Shown here: positions 27,084-37,481 of the stretch, piece after piece
How positions within the stretch are numbered: the first letter of the stretch is position 1
How the letters are laid out: the number at the start of each line of letters is the position of its first letter
Virus record (IMG/VR): IMGVR_UViG_3300030330_003390
Span: 1 to 37,846 of that record
DNA length: 37,846 nucleotides
Strand: one strand, 5' to 3'
Origin: a virus
Lineage: Duplodnaviria > Caudoviricetes
Made by a program: the position numbers and the translations under genes
The notes under the pieces: model-generated
The model's input: the letters and a program-made list of their open reading frames with translations, nothing else
Told to the model about the DNA's origin: nothing
Databases searched by the model: none

Positions 27084-27926
27084 TTAATTATTTAATCTTT
27101 TTTCTATATTTGTGTATATTTCCATACCTTCATCAGTTTTAAACCAATGCGCTAAAGCAGTATATGGATGCTCGTCAAATGGTACCGTCATTATCTTTCT
27201 ATCGTTAGAACCCCATAAAAAGTTTCTTTGATCTTGCGATAATTTAATAATCCCAAGTTCAGTTGCTTTGATACCAAAGTTTCTAAGTTGAACATTATCA
27301 TCAGTAGCTAATTCTAAAAACAAAATAGGATTGTTTCTAGCAAATACTAGTAAATCTCTTTTTATCTCCTTAGAACTCATCTTAGACACGTTAGAACCGT
27401 GCTCTACACGCATAATAGCTTCTGCCATATCAATATCCATATTTCTAGCAGCTAAAATAGCGTCTGCTTCTAATTCTAATATTTGTATATCGCTAGCAGC
27501 AGTTTTTTCTGGTTCAAACTCAATATATAATTTGTTTCTATGAGGATGGTAAAGAGAAAGTAATTTTTGTAAAACTGTTTTATTTCTAGGTACTAATAAA
27601 ACACCGTTTCTAAATACTATATGCTCTAATCTTTGATCACCAATCATCTCATCAACAAATGGAGTTTTTTGATTAGATGTGTATTTTAATTCTCTTTCAT
27701 GACCTTTTTCTTCATCAAACCAATATATACTAGATGATCTAATAGAATATGATAAAGGTTTTTTACCTCCTTTTAAAAAATAAGTTCTATCTTTAATTTC
27801 CCAACCATCATTAGAGATTTTACCTTTTGGCTCAACTCTTTTTGTTTTTTTAGTTTCAACTACTGGAGTTTCAACTATTTCTGGAGTTTCCTCCATAATT
27901 TCTTTTGTTTCTTTTTTCTTTGCCAT
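27084..27926 (-). CDS. Conserved capsid-module protein downstream of MCP (positional equivalent of crAss gene 75)
   Basis: 280 aa immediately after MCP; Lys/Glu-rich flexible N-terminus. Confidence 0.6.
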   Translation of the reverse strand: MAKKKETKEIMEETPEIVETPVVETKKTKRVEPKGKISNDGWEIKDRTYFLKGGKKPLSYSIRSSSIYWFDEEKGHERELKYTSNQKTPFVDEMIGDQRLEHIVFRNGVLLVPRNKTVLQKLLSLYHPHRNKLYIEFEPEKTAASDIQILELEADAILAARNMDIDMAEAIMRVEHGSNVSKMSSKEIKRDLLVFARNNPILFLELATDDNVQLRNFGIKATELGIIKLSQDQRNFLWGSNDRKIMTVPFDEHPYTALAHWFKTDEGMEIYTNIEKRLNN

Positions 27927-27946
27927 AATATAATATATAATAAAAT

Positions 27947-27985
27947 TAATAAAATAAAAGGCCGGAGCCGAAGCCCCGGTCTTTT
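27947..27985 (-). terminator. Rho-independent terminator after the major capsid gene
   Basis: Minus strand AAAAGACCGGGGC-TTCG-GCTCCGGCCTTTTATTTT: GC-rich stem, cUUCGg tetraloop, U-tract. Confidence 0.85.
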
Positions 27986-27992
27986 AAAACTG

Positions 27993-29489
27993 TTATTGCA
28001 ACAACATAAAGTTGTTAGCACCTTGAGTAATTAAACATCTTTCAGACAAGTAGTGAACTTGCATAACGTCTAACCCAGTAGTAGCAGCGCCAACAGAACC
28101 AGTAATCCAAGTTTTCATTCTTCGATCATCAGTTTGTGAAGCTCTGTAACGTACGTGTAAGAAAGGACGTCTCATGTTTTTACCCATAACTTGGTCATAA
28201 ACAGTAGATGTACCAGCTGGAATCATGACACCTCTGATTGGATCAGTAGTGTTTCTGTCATTAATACCACCTCTAGTAGCTCTATCGTTTAAGTATCTAA
28301 AGTCAGATTTATAGAAGTCATAAGAACCTCTTCTGAATCCAGAAAAACCTAAGTTAAGTGCCATGTCTTCAGAGTTGTTGAATACACCATAAGATGTACC
28401 ACCAGCTCCATAAGAGTTCATTGAAGCTAACATATCGTCAATAGCTAAACTAGTAGATCTGTTAACAAACATCATGTATTCTTCAATAGCACCTTGCTTG
28501 TCAAACTCAGCTAAAATAGCATCAAACTCAGCTAAATCAGTAGCAGCGTTAACACCAGTAATACCAGTAGTAACATTACCTCTAGTTTGTATAGCTGCAA
28601 ATAAACCTTCAGTACCAAAAGCATTACCAGCACCGTTAACAGTACCATCAGCAGTAGAAGAACCAGCAACACCTAAAACACCTTCTAACATAGACATTTC
28701 TACGTAGTCAGAAAATCTAGATCTTGTTTCTCCTTCAGCTTTTAAATACCATAAGTAACCAGACTGTCCAGCTTCTCCAGATATTTCTACCCAACCAATA
28801 GCAGAAGTATCAGAACCTGAAACTTCATAGTAATCTTTTAAGATTATTGGTTTGTTAGTAAAAGAAGTGAACTGAGGCTCTACATTACCATAACCATCAG
28901 TTGAAGAAGCAGTACCACCTTGATCGTTAGTACCTTTACCAAATTCAGAACCGAAAACTAATAGTGTAGCCGCGTTTGAAGTACCAGTACCAAAAGCAGT
29001 AGCATCGTCAATATTTTCTACTTCATAAGGCTTACAAGTAACATCATTGTTAGATACAGCTGTAACTAAACATTTAATTGCACCTTCAGTAGTTGCTACA
29101 ATTACCATGTCGTTAATTCTAACACCGTGAGCGTCAGTACCAACAGAGTTTCCATCTATATCATTACTTATAGAAAAAACACCAGTAGTATTGTTTACAG
29201 TACCAGTATAAGATAAATGTAATCTACCTTGCTCTGACCAAACAACTTGATCAGAAGTCATTGCTTCTTCTGCACCAACTTGAGATAAAAAACCTGAGAT
29301 AGTTCTGTTTCCGAAAACCTCAGCTTCTTTTTCCATTAAGTCAGGCAGGTATTGTTGCGCCCAACCAGCAGTGGCTGTCGCAGTAAAATCTATGTAGTTT
29401 GAAGATAACGTCGCTTTTTGTGGAGCTGGCACGCTATTTAAACTACCTGCGGTCCCAGAATGACCAGGACCTGGATTTGAAATTGCCAT
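27993..29489 (-). CDS. Major capsid protein
   Basis: 498 aa after portal and scaffold; followed by a strong terminator; WSEQGRLH, GTEGLF..I..RG, LGFSGFRRG.YDF and C-terminal LSERCL.TQGANNF motifs. Confidence 0.85.
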   Translation of the reverse strand: MAISNPGPGHSGTAGSLNSVPAPQKATLSSNYIDFTATATAGWAQQYLPDLMEKEAEVFGNRTISGFLSQVGAEEAMTSDQVVWSEQGRLHLSYTGTVNNTTGVFSISNDIDGNSVGTDAHGVRINDMVIVATTEGAIKCLVTAVSNNDVTCKPYEVENIDDATAFGTGTSNAATLLVFGSEFGKGTNDQGGTASSTDGYGNVEPQFTSFTNKPIILKDYYEVSGSDTSAIGWVEISGEAGQSGYLWYLKAEGETRSRFSDYVEMSMLEGVLGVAGSSTADGTVNGAGNAFGTEGLFAAIQTRGNVTTGITGVNAATDLAEFDAILAEFDKQGAIEEYMMFVNRSTSLAIDDMLASMNSYGAGGTSYGVFNNSEDMALNLGFSGFRRGSYDFYKSDFRYLNDRATRGGINDRNTTDPIRGVMIPAGTSTVYDQVMGKNMRRPFLHVRYRASQTDDRRMKTWITGSVGAATTGLDVMQVHYLSERCLITQGANNFMLLQ

Positions 29490-29509
29490 AATTTTGTAAT
29501 TTTAAATTG

Positions 29510-30718
29510 TTATTTTTTGTTTTTAATTTTAAATTTAAAATCTGAAGAACTATCACCTAGTGCTCTAACTTTTATTCCACCTGTTTCAATTTGCCCATAG
29601 CTTTGTCTAGGGTTCATATTAACATTTTTAGATTTAGCTACACTATCTTTCATAGCGTCAGCTTTACCTTGCTCATAAAAATGTTTAGCAATAGCATCAG
29701 CATTCATAGCTGTAAACAAACCTTTGTGGTAACCAGCAGCATCTTGCATTTCATTTTTTTCGTTCAAGAACTTCTTGACAAAATTATTAATATCGCTCTG
29801 ATTTGTTTTTGTTGTATCTACATCTTTAACATTAAATCTATACTTTTTATCACCAACGTTATATTCAAAACCTTTAAAATTTTTATTAAATAACTGATTG
29901 GTTTTGTTTAAAAAAGTACGTGTTTGTTGTTTTACTAATGTTTCCTGTTCTTTAGATTCTTTGTTGTATCTATTAAAGAAATCAATAGCTTTTTGTTGCT
30001 CATTGGTCAACTTTGACCCGGCTTTAATTTCTTCATAGTATTTGGACTTTTGCCCGTCCAGATAGGCTTTAGCGCTGGCAACTTGCTCTTTTAACGCTAA
30101 TTTTTTTCTTCTTATATCTCTAGCCTCATCTTCTTCTTCATCATAAGAAAACTCATCTTCCATTAAAAAATCAATTTCTTCTGAGTCTAAATGAGGTTTT
30201 GTTTGTTGATAATATTCTCTTAATAAAGCTAAATTATCTAGTTTAGAATAATCTTGATTAAGCTTTACATAATCGTTTATATCACCACCGGTTTCTTCCA
30301 TAAAATCCATTAGTTTTTGAATGTTTTCTGGTAGTTTTTTTCCAGTTTCAATAGATTCAGCAATTGCTTCTTCAGCTTCATCTACTAATTGTTCTACTTT
30401 TTCTTCTACCTTCTCATTTTTTATTTCTTCTATAACTGGTGGTTCTTGTGTTTTTTCTTCCTGTTGTACTTCTTTTTGTTCTTTATCGGTAGAGGTGTCT
30501 TCAACGAGTTCAACCACTCCTGTGTCGTCAACGTTATCTTTTTCAGTTTTTTCTGTGGTTTCATTTTCTGGTTTTTTATTTAAATCAACTTTAGTTACAT
30601 TGTCTTCTTCTTTAATTTCAAACTTTTCAAGATCTACTTTAGTAACAGTATCGTCTACCTTTTTGTCTACTTTCTCAACAGCCTTTTCAGCTGTTTCTTG
30701 TTTTTTCTTTTTTGCCAT
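29510..30718 (-). CDS. Probable capsid scaffolding protein
   Basis: Highly acidic low-complexity N-terminus and coiled coil; lies between portal and MCP. Confidence 0.7.
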   Translation of the reverse strand: MAKKKKQETAEKAVEKVDKKVDDTVTKVDLEKFEIKEEDNVTKVDLNKKPENETTEKTEKDNVDDTGVVELVEDTSTDKEQKEVQQEEKTQEPPVIEEIKNEKVEEKVEQLVDEAEEAIAESIETGKKLPENIQKLMDFMEETGGDINDYVKLNQDYSKLDNLALLREYYQQTKPHLDSEEIDFLMEDEFSYDEEEDEARDIRRKKLALKEQVASAKAYLDGQKSKYYEEIKAGSKLTNEQQKAIDFFNRYNKESKEQETLVKQQTRTFLNKTNQLFNKNFKGFEYNVGDKKYRFNVKDVDTTKTNQSDINNFVKKFLNEKNEMQDAAGYHKGLFTAMNADAIAKHFYEQGKADAMKDSVAKSKNVNMNPRQSYGQIETGGIKVRALGDSSSDFKFKIKNKK

Positions 30719-30748
30719 AATAAAATATTATATAATTAATAAAATTGT

Positions 30749-33178
30749 TTATCTAGGTGTAAAACCAGACATATCAACTACTGATCTACCTCCTAGTATA
30801 TCATTACCTGAAGATTCAAACTTTTTAGCTGGTTGATTATTTTTTCTTTGCTCAATCAGCTCTGATTGTTGACTAGCTTGTATTCTAGTTCTTTCGTCTT
30901 TACGATCTTCTTTTTCTTTTTCTCTGTTTTTTAATCCTTGAACTTCCATACCTTTCAAATTCATATTCATTTGGTATTCTAGCTGCATTAATTCTTTTTT
31001 GTACTGAACTTCTTGTTGCATTTTAGCAGATTCAAGTTGTGCTTTTACTTGCTCTAACTGCGCTTGAACTTGTGCATTTGCTTGGTTTTTCTGTATTTCA
31101 GCTTGAGCAGCAACCTGTTGAGACTGCGCGTTAGCTTGTGCCTGCGCTTGTATGTTTTGCTGTTGCATTAATTGATCACGCTCTATTTTACGTTGTCTAC
31201 GTAACTTAAGCATTTGATTAGCAAGTTTTAGATTTTTTATTTCTCTAATGTCTATAGCGTCTTCTAGTTCTATTCCTTGTTGAGCTAAAGAAACTTGTAT
31301 ATTATTTTCTAATATTGCTTTTTCTTCTTCATCTGGTGATAACTCAATAAATATACCAAAATCATATAAATGCAAGTCTGACATTTCTTCAAGAGTCGCT
31401 ACGTTATGAACGCCAATAGCTTGTATAAACGCATCTTTAGTTGGTGAGTACTCTATAATGTCAGATATTCTAAGTGAAAGTTTTTCTGCTGTTTCAGCTG
31501 TTAAGTATAAACCAGACTGTAATATATGTCTAGTTGCTGTGTTAGAATTTGCCGCTGCTAATTTTTGAACGCCAACTAAAGCATTTTTATCAGGCGTACT
31601 ACCATCTCTAGCTTCATTAAGACCGGTTACATCTCTTATCATTTGAAGATAATAATTATAATTAGTTATAAGCGCTTGTATTTTGGCACCACCTGAACCA
31701 GAAGTTATTTCTTGTATAGGTACTTTTCCAGGATTCATATTACCATCACTAGTGAAACTTCTACCAATTACACTACCTGTTTGAAAAAACATATTTAAAG
31801 CTTCTTGAGGATTATAATTAGTTCCATTACCTAGATCAATTTCAGCTAAACCATCAGCATCCATATACACACCATCTGGTATCATACGCGACATTACTTG
31901 TTGCAGCTTTAAATGCGTAAGTTGTATCATATCAGCAAAACCTGTTATTCTACTAACTAAACTTTCTATTTTTCCTTTGTACATTCTAGGTGCAACAATA
32001 GAATAATTCATTTTTACTTTAGTATAATCACTTTTAGGTCGCATCATGTTTTCAGCCATTTCCCACATTAAAAGCTTGTTTGTACCTAGAACTAAAGCCC
32101 CTTCATATAAAACCTCTATATTTCTTTGTAATCTACCAAAGCTTCCTTCTTTGTTTTCTGGTGGATTAAAATTATCATCTTTAGGTATTACTTTTTCTGC
32201 GCCACTACCTGTTTCTTTTATTTTATACACTTCGTTCATATAAGTTTTATAATTAAAATATAAAACATGAACTTTGTTATTATCTATTTCTCTATAATGA
32301 GTATAACCTTGGTTGTAATTTCGTAAATGATAGTTACTGTTTTTTACTATTTCTTCTAAATCTTCATTTTCTAAAAAAGGAAACTGTTTTACTAGTTCAT
32401 TTACTGGTATCGCTTTTACTTCACCAACGTAATATATATCTTCAAAATAAGGTGATTCTGTATAAGAATAAATTAAATCTGCAGGATCAACGTATTCTAC
32501 TTTAACACCTTCTGAAGTGTTAAAAGTAGTTTTTGTAGCACCTATACCTAAAACTGTTAAATCATAATAAAATCTTTTTTGTATTAAATCATAATTACTA
32601 CCATTTAACAAAGTATCAATAGCTTGTTCTTCTGCTATTTCTACAGCTTGCTTATAGTTTAGCTGCATGTGCAATTGTAATTCGTCCATTGAGTATGGAA
32701 GAGTTTCTGGTTCGTTAGTTGATAGTTGTATTCCAAAAGATTCTTGTGCAAATTCATTAAGCTCTTTTGTTCGCATGTCATCAATAATAGACTGCATATA
32801 TTGTGTCCTTTTATTTACACCAAAAGGATCTTGAGAAAAAGCTTTTATATCATACATTCTATCAGACATACCATTAACTACAATATCTACAAATTTTGAT
32901 ATTATTGGTATAGGTGTCCAGTCTAAATTAAGATATGATAAATCACCATTTATAGATAACTCATCTTTGTATTTTTGTATTGATTGTTCTCCTCTAGCAT
33001 ATAATCTTAAATCATGAAAATTATTTTTATTTGCCGCGTATCTAGTTTGAAATTTATCATTATAAAACCATTCTTGTTCTATAGCTTTTGCAATTTTTAA
33101 ACCATAATCATAGCTAAGCTTTTCAGCATCACTTACAACTTGACTAGGGAAATAACTTTTTATAACAGACTCTGCCAT
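30749..33178 (-). CDS. Portal protein
   Basis: 809 aa directly after TerL; PIISKFVDIVVNG and TGLNEARDGS motifs; Gln-rich C-terminal coiled-coil barrel typical of podovirus portals. Confidence 0.85.
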   Translation of the reverse strand: MAESVIKSYFPSQVVSDAEKLSYDYGLKIAKAIEQEWFYNDKFQTRYAANKNNFHDLRLYARGEQSIQKYKDELSINGDLSYLNLDWTPIPIISKFVDIVVNGMSDRMYDIKAFSQDPFGVNKRTQYMQSIIDDMRTKELNEFAQESFGIQLSTNEPETLPYSMDELQLHMQLNYKQAVEIAEEQAIDTLLNGSNYDLIQKRFYYDLTVLGIGATKTTFNTSEGVKVEYVDPADLIYSYTESPYFEDIYYVGEVKAIPVNELVKQFPFLENEDLEEIVKNSNYHLRNYNQGYTHYREIDNNKVHVLYFNYKTYMNEVYKIKETGSGAEKVIPKDDNFNPPENKEGSFGRLQRNIEVLYEGALVLGTNKLLMWEMAENMMRPKSDYTKVKMNYSIVAPRMYKGKIESLVSRITGFADMIQLTHLKLQQVMSRMIPDGVYMDADGLAEIDLGNGTNYNPQEALNMFFQTGSVIGRSFTSDGNMNPGKVPIQEITSGSGGAKIQALITNYNYYLQMIRDVTGLNEARDGSTPDKNALVGVQKLAAANSNTATRHILQSGLYLTAETAEKLSLRISDIIEYSPTKDAFIQAIGVHNVATLEEMSDLHLYDFGIFIELSPDEEEKAILENNIQVSLAQQGIELEDAIDIREIKNLKLANQMLKLRRQRKIERDQLMQQQNIQAQAQANAQSQQVAAQAEIQKNQANAQVQAQLEQVKAQLESAKMQQEVQYKKELMQLEYQMNMNLKGMEVQGLKNREKEKEDRKDERTRIQASQQSELIEQRKNNQPAKKFESSGNDILGGRSVVDMSGFTPR

Positions 33179-33181
33179 ACT

Positions 33182-35392
33182 TTACTTTATTATTTTTGAA
33201 TTATAACCAGTGTTAGTATACCTGGATATGTTTATGTTTAATTTTGGTTTTTCTATATTTGCATTTGGAGCATATAAACTTCTATTACACGCCATAATAG
33301 CTAAACCACTACTAATAGCCGCGTCAAACTTTGTACGTTTATTTATATCAAACCTACTCCAATCATTTAATGTTTCGTTAAAATATATATTACCATATGT
33401 ATTTTCTTTAATAATACCCACATGATTTTGTATATACATTTCAATTGCAGCTGCGTGAGCTTGCTTTATATCTTCACTTGTGTTTGGTATACCACCTATT
33501 TCTTTTTCTGTTGTTGATAGCTTGTTCCAAGATTTATCAGGTCTATTCATGCTATAACCTCTATAGCCTCTACGTCTTAAATAATATAATAATCTTGGTT
33601 TATTATTTTCTGCTAATAAAGGCATGCCATAAAAAACTAATGCCATTAAAACATCTTCAAAAAATATTTCAGCCGTTTGAGGTCGAGCTATATACTCTAA
33701 AAAAAAGTGATTTGGAGGAGCGTCTTCCATGCTAAATTTAGTTAATCCATGTAAAGCTCCTTTAGATCCTTTACCGTCTACAGTCCCGCTAATATCGTAA
33801 CTATCACAACCAAAAGCGCCCACGTGTTCGTTGGCTGGATATTTAATACCATTTTTAAGTATTATTTTATTTTGCAAATGTTGAGGTGGTGTCCAACTAA
33901 TATTAAATCTACCTTTTGAGTCTGGATAAAATATAACTTGAGTATCTTTTATACCATTAACCCATTGAAAATTACCTTTACTTATTATTGGTTTAATACC
34001 GTCGTTATAATCAATTTGCTCGTATATTTTAACAAGATTAAAAATAGAATTTTTAGTCTCATCTCTAAAAGCATGCTCTTCAGTTCTTGGAAACTGGCGG
34101 TAAAATTCATTTAAAGCATCTTGATCATTTTTTAAGCCTTCTACTTCATTGTTCCAATAATCTATTATACCATAGTCTATTAACTCGGAATCTGGTCCGA
34201 AGACATCATCACTCGGACTATCAAACACTGGACTTCCGTATTCATCAATAAAGCCTTCGTAGTTCCATTCCATTGGGATAAAGAGAGAATAAAGGCCAGA
34301 CTTTGTCTGTCCATTACGGTTTCTTTTTGTAACATCTGAATCATTATAAAGTTTTTTGAAGTTATCTCCACCTTTATCAAGGGCGTTGGAAGTTGAGCCC
34401 ATCATACATTTACCTATAATTCTACTACCTAATCTTAAACAAGTTTTTGTTACTCTCCAGTTGTTTAATATATTATCAGGTCTTTCCCATTTGCCACTTT
34501 CATCGTGTACTAATAAAGCTAATTTTTCACCATCATAACTATTATCACCAGTATTCTTCCAGTCAATAGTTGTGTCTAAGCCTTTTATTTCTTCTAGCTT
34601 TTCATTAGCTGTAATTTTTTTTCTTGTAAACTTGCTAGCTGGAACCCTATATGCTAGTTCTGTTTTAGGACGGTCCATACCGTCTTGTATTGGTTTAAAG
34701 AAAAACGGATAATTAATACTAATAGGCACCACTTTATCAGTAAACATTTTTTTAGCATCTGCACCCGTTTTAGAAAGTATCCCATATCTACTATCACTTG
34801 ATATAGTGGCTAAATTAACTGTTTCAGCTGATGACATGAAAGAAAAACCAGAACGACGATTTTTAAGGTAACACATGCCATAACATCTTTTATCTGCCTT
34901 GCAAGCTTCCCAGAATATATAAAACAAACGATTTGCTTCTCTAAAATCTGGTGCGCCTACGTCGATTTTGCTCCATTGCAAGTACATATAGTGTGTACCT
35001 GTTATATAAGTCGGTTTGTTATTATTATAAAACCAAAAACCTTCGTCTCTTCGTTTGAACTCTTCGTCTATATAATCATACCACTGCTCTTTTGCTTCTT
35101 CAGGATATGATCTCCAGTCAAATATATTTTTTAATCTACTAAGCTCTTTTGGTTGGTCTTGTTTTACCCATTTGTTTTCGGATCGCAATTGCACTTGCAC
35201 TGGTTCCAACGGCAGGCCAATTTGCAAGCCTTGTATTTCAAGTATTTCACCAATTTTTCCAGTTTTTGAGATAACGACGATATCATGTTCTTTATTGTGT
35301 CCATATTTCCATTTTTTACCCCTATTCATACGAGTTATAGTCGTACGTTTAATAGGTTCTATTGTTTTAACTAATGTTTGTTCGTAGCTCAT
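33182..35392 (-). CDS. terL: Terminase large subunit
   Basis: Walker A-like KNRRSGFS, Walker B LLVHDESGK, coupling motif MGST, RNase H-like nuclease start GCDSYD. Confidence 0.92.
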   Translation of the reverse strand: MSYEQTLVKTIEPIKRTTITRMNRGKKWKYGHNKEHDIVVISKTGKIGEILEIQGLQIGLPLEPVQVQLRSENKWVKQDQPKELSRLKNIFDWRSYPEEAKEQWYDYIDEEFKRRDEGFWFYNNNKPTYITGTHYMYLQWSKIDVGAPDFREANRLFYIFWEACKADKRCYGMCYLKNRRSGFSFMSSAETVNLATISSDSRYGILSKTGADAKKMFTDKVVPISINYPFFFKPIQDGMDRPKTELAYRVPASKFTRKKITANEKLEEIKGLDTTIDWKNTGDNSYDGEKLALLVHDESGKWERPDNILNNWRVTKTCLRLGSRIIGKCMMGSTSNALDKGGDNFKKLYNDSDVTKRNRNGQTKSGLYSLFIPMEWNYEGFIDEYGSPVFDSPSDDVFGPDSELIDYGIIDYWNNEVEGLKNDQDALNEFYRQFPRTEEHAFRDETKNSIFNLVKIYEQIDYNDGIKPIISKGNFQWVNGIKDTQVIFYPDSKGRFNISWTPPQHLQNKIILKNGIKYPANEHVGAFGCDSYDISGTVDGKGSKGALHGLTKFSMEDAPPNHFFLEYIARPQTAEIFFEDVLMALVFYGMPLLAENNKPRLLYYLRRRGYRGYSMNRPDKSWNKLSTTEKEIGGIPNTSEDIKQAHAAAIEMYIQNHVGIIKENTYGNIYFNETLNDWSRFDINKRTKFDAAISSGLAIMACNRSLYAPNANIEKPKLNINISRYTNTGYNSKIIK

Positions 35393-35667
35393 TTTGATCT
35401 TCCCTCTGCAAATCCTTTAAAAACTCTTTCTTTTTTCTCTTCAATATTTTTTCCGTCTAAAATACTTTGCTCTTCTTGGATTCTGTTAAGTATTTCAAAT
35501 GCGTCAAATATAGCTAATTTTTTAGTAGCTGCCGCATTTTTTAATCTATCAGCTGACACATCGTCTTCGGTATTGGTAATGATTTTTTCTTTAGCAACGT
35601 TGATAAGTTCTTCAACTGCTTTGTGCCCAGCTTGGATTATAAGCTTCTTCGTTTCCTTGGTATTCAT
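35389..35667 (-). CDS. Small helical protein, possible terminase small subunit
   Basis: ATGA-coupled directly upstream of TerL; function inferred from position only. Confidence 0.5.
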   Translation of the reverse strand: MNTKETKKLIIQAGHKAVEELINVAKEKIITNTEDDVSADRLKNAAATKKLAIFDAFEILNRIQEEQSILDGKNIEEKKERVFKGFAEGRSK

Positions 35668-36202
35668 ATTTAATTGTAATAAATTTATTTAAAACTCTAT
35701 ATAGCCTTTGTCCGTCTACTATAAACTCATATGTAGAAAACGGAGTAAACCCTACAAGATCTTTTTTATTATAAACACCATCTGTATATTTAACAATACC
35801 AATACAACTTTCTTCTACATCTGAACTTAATTTATTTCTTTGTTTTATAGGTTGTACAAAACAATATCCTTTTGTAGCTTTCCAATTGTTTTTTCTTTTA
35901 TATAAAAAAATTTGATCTTCTTTTACAAGGTATGTATTTTCGTCAAAATAACTTCTACTATTTTTTTCTTTACCTTGTAAATTGTGCCAACGCCTAAAAA
36001 CGTTGTGGTGCGTTACAATAGTATCTCCTGGTCTTATTTCTGTTTTATAGGCTGTAGGTATAGACTTAACAATAGCTTCTCTATTTACATATTGATGATT
36101 AAATATCTCAGTGTTTAATATAAGATCTCTATCTCCAACTTTGGTAGTATTGTTATATCTATTTCCTTTTGGCTCTATAACAAAGTCAAAAGGCGCTTTC
36201 AT
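35612..36202 (-). CDS. GroES-like co-chaperonin-fold protein
   Basis: FVIEPK...LIL...AIVKSIP...IRPGDTIV...LVKEDQI, then a second shorter GroES-like unit (CFVQPI...GIVKY...DLVGF...EFIVDGQRLY). Confidence 0.65.
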   Translation of the reverse strand: MKAPFDFVIEPKGNRYNNTTKVGDRDLILNTEIFNHQYVNREAIVKSIPTAYKTEIRPGDTIVTHHNVFRRWHNLQGKEKNSRSYFDENTYLVKEDQIFLYKRKNNWKATKGYCFVQPIKQRNKLSSDVEESCIGIVKYTDGVYNKKDLVGFTPFSTYEFIVDGQRLYRVLNKFITIKYEYQGNEEAYNPSWAQSS

Positions 36203-36423
36203 TAGTACTCTAAGTTATATTCTACAGATACTGCCATATTTTTGTTAAAGTCTTTCCAGGCTAAAACATCTTTATGTTTTTTAATATAAATAGAATATTT
36301 ATCTTCTTCTTCTATAATGTCACAAATAGTGTGGCCACCATAAACTTCTTGACCAACAGCATAGTGCATAGCGTCATTTTTATAGTCTTTACCTATACTA
36401 ATTTTTCTTATTAACTTGGCCAT
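36202..36423 (-). CDS. Conserved hypothetical phage protein
   Basis: 73 aa, translationally coupled (TAATG); IRKISIGKDYK..AMHY.VGQ. Confidence 0.65.
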   Translation of the reverse strand: MAKLIRKISIGKDYKNDAMHYAVGQEVYGGHTICDIIEEEDKYSIYIKKHKDVLAWKDFNKNMAVSVEYNLEY

Positions 36424-36688
36424 TTTCTTTTGGATATTTTATTTCACCAGTTTGAATATTAATATTATTTGTTCCATATTGTTTTTCAAACTCGTCTTGC
36501 ATTAAAGTTAATTCATCTTGGATACCAGCTATACTATGAAGTAGACTGTGTTTTCTAGTCTCCATTACGCCTAGCTCTAATTGAGCTCTATTTAAACCGT
36601 TAATTATATCTTGAACTTTTTTTAATTGTTCCTTAGTAATTGTTTCTGGTTTAGACTTTAAGTCTATTAGTTTTTCTTTTTTTGCCAT
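36398..36688 (-). CDS. Small coiled-coil protein
   Basis: Long heptad helix ending YG..NINIQTGEI; MAKKEK start with an A-rich leader. Confidence 0.65.
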   Translation of the reverse strand: MAKKEKLIDLKSKPETITKEQLKKVQDIINGLNRAQLELGVMETRKHSLLHSIAGIQDELTLMQDEFEKQYGTNNINIQTGEIKYPKENGQVNKKN

Positions 36689-36721
36689 TTTATTTAATTT
36701 AAGTTAATTATTTGTTTTTGT

Positions 36722-37477
36722 TTATCTTTCAAAACATAGTCTAAGCGTTATTGGGCTTTGAAGTATTATTTCATCTTCGTCTTCTATTGCAACACCATTG
36801 TTAGCTTCTAACAATATAGACGTGTTATCAAGTATGTCTCTAATAGTTCCTATTGCCGTGTCAGAATCATGAATCATTATAACGTCTCCTATATCAAAGA
36901 AAGTTGGAGCCCCTACTGTTTTCACTGTAATATCAGTAGTTGCATTTATATTATGAGCGCCATCAGCTAAAATACCTGTAGAAAAATTATAACCACTACC
37001 GCCAGAAACTGTTGCCGCTACATATATTCTATCAAATCCAGCGTTAGTTCCAGAGTTAGGTTCACCTTCTAAAACTAAATGAGAGTGTTGATCAGCGCTG
37101 GCACCATAACCTAAAGTACCAACAGTCATATTATCTAAATCTGTTTTAAAGTTAGTATTATCCATAACAATACCGCCTAACATATTTTTATAATATGAAG
37201 TTCCATTTGCAGTCGCGTTACCTGTTCCTATACTTCCTGGAGCAGTTTCTTTATATGTTTTTGCAAAAAAGAACTCTATTTCTTTTGTTGTTTGAGCACC
37301 TCTCATCATACACGCTATGTCTACTAGTTTAGCAGCACCTCTAGGTATATCAAAAGCTGTCCAATCAAACAATACGTCTGCGGCTCCAAAAACTAAATCT
37401 GATTTATCAGACTGTATTTGCGTTGCTACAGGTAAAATTGGTTTTACTTCTACTGTGTAAAAATTATCTCTTGCCAT
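36722..37477 (-). CDS. Hypothetical, probably a virion accessory beta-protein
   Basis: 251 aa, beta-rich, with a C-terminal small barrel-like module similar to those in tail genes. Confidence 0.5.
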   Translation of the reverse strand: MARDNFYTVEVKPILPVATQIQSDKSDLVFGAADVLFDWTAFDIPRGAAKLVDIACMMRGAQTTKEIEFFFAKTYKETAPGSIGTGNATANGTSYYKNMLGGIVMDNTNFKTDLDNMTVGTLGYGASADQHSHLVLEGEPNSGTNAGFDRIYVAATVSGGSGYNFSTGILADGAHNINATTDITVKTVGAPTFFDIGDVIMIHDSDTAIGTIRDILDNTSILLEANNGVAIEDEDEIILQSPITLRLCFER

Positions 37478-37481
37478 GTTT

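Noticed and set aside
25142-33184. Readthrough at in-frame junctions (TAA TAA ATG at about 25144 and 26341; TAA AGT ATG between TerL and portal)
   Set aside because: TAA or double TAA stops are efficient, and each downstream gene has a normal N-terminus.
3245-34380. Short nested minus-strand ORFs 3245-3466, 11114-11329, 21208-21417 and 34180-34380
   Set aside because: They are out-of-frame overlaps within larger genes, with no recognisable motifs.
1308-35692. All plus-strand ORFs in the track (e.g. 1308-1574, 1949-2299, 30321-30836, 35378-35692)
   Set aside because: They are antisense shadows of well-supported minus-strand genes; their Phe/Ile/Ser bias mirrors Lys/Glu/Asn codons on the coding strand.
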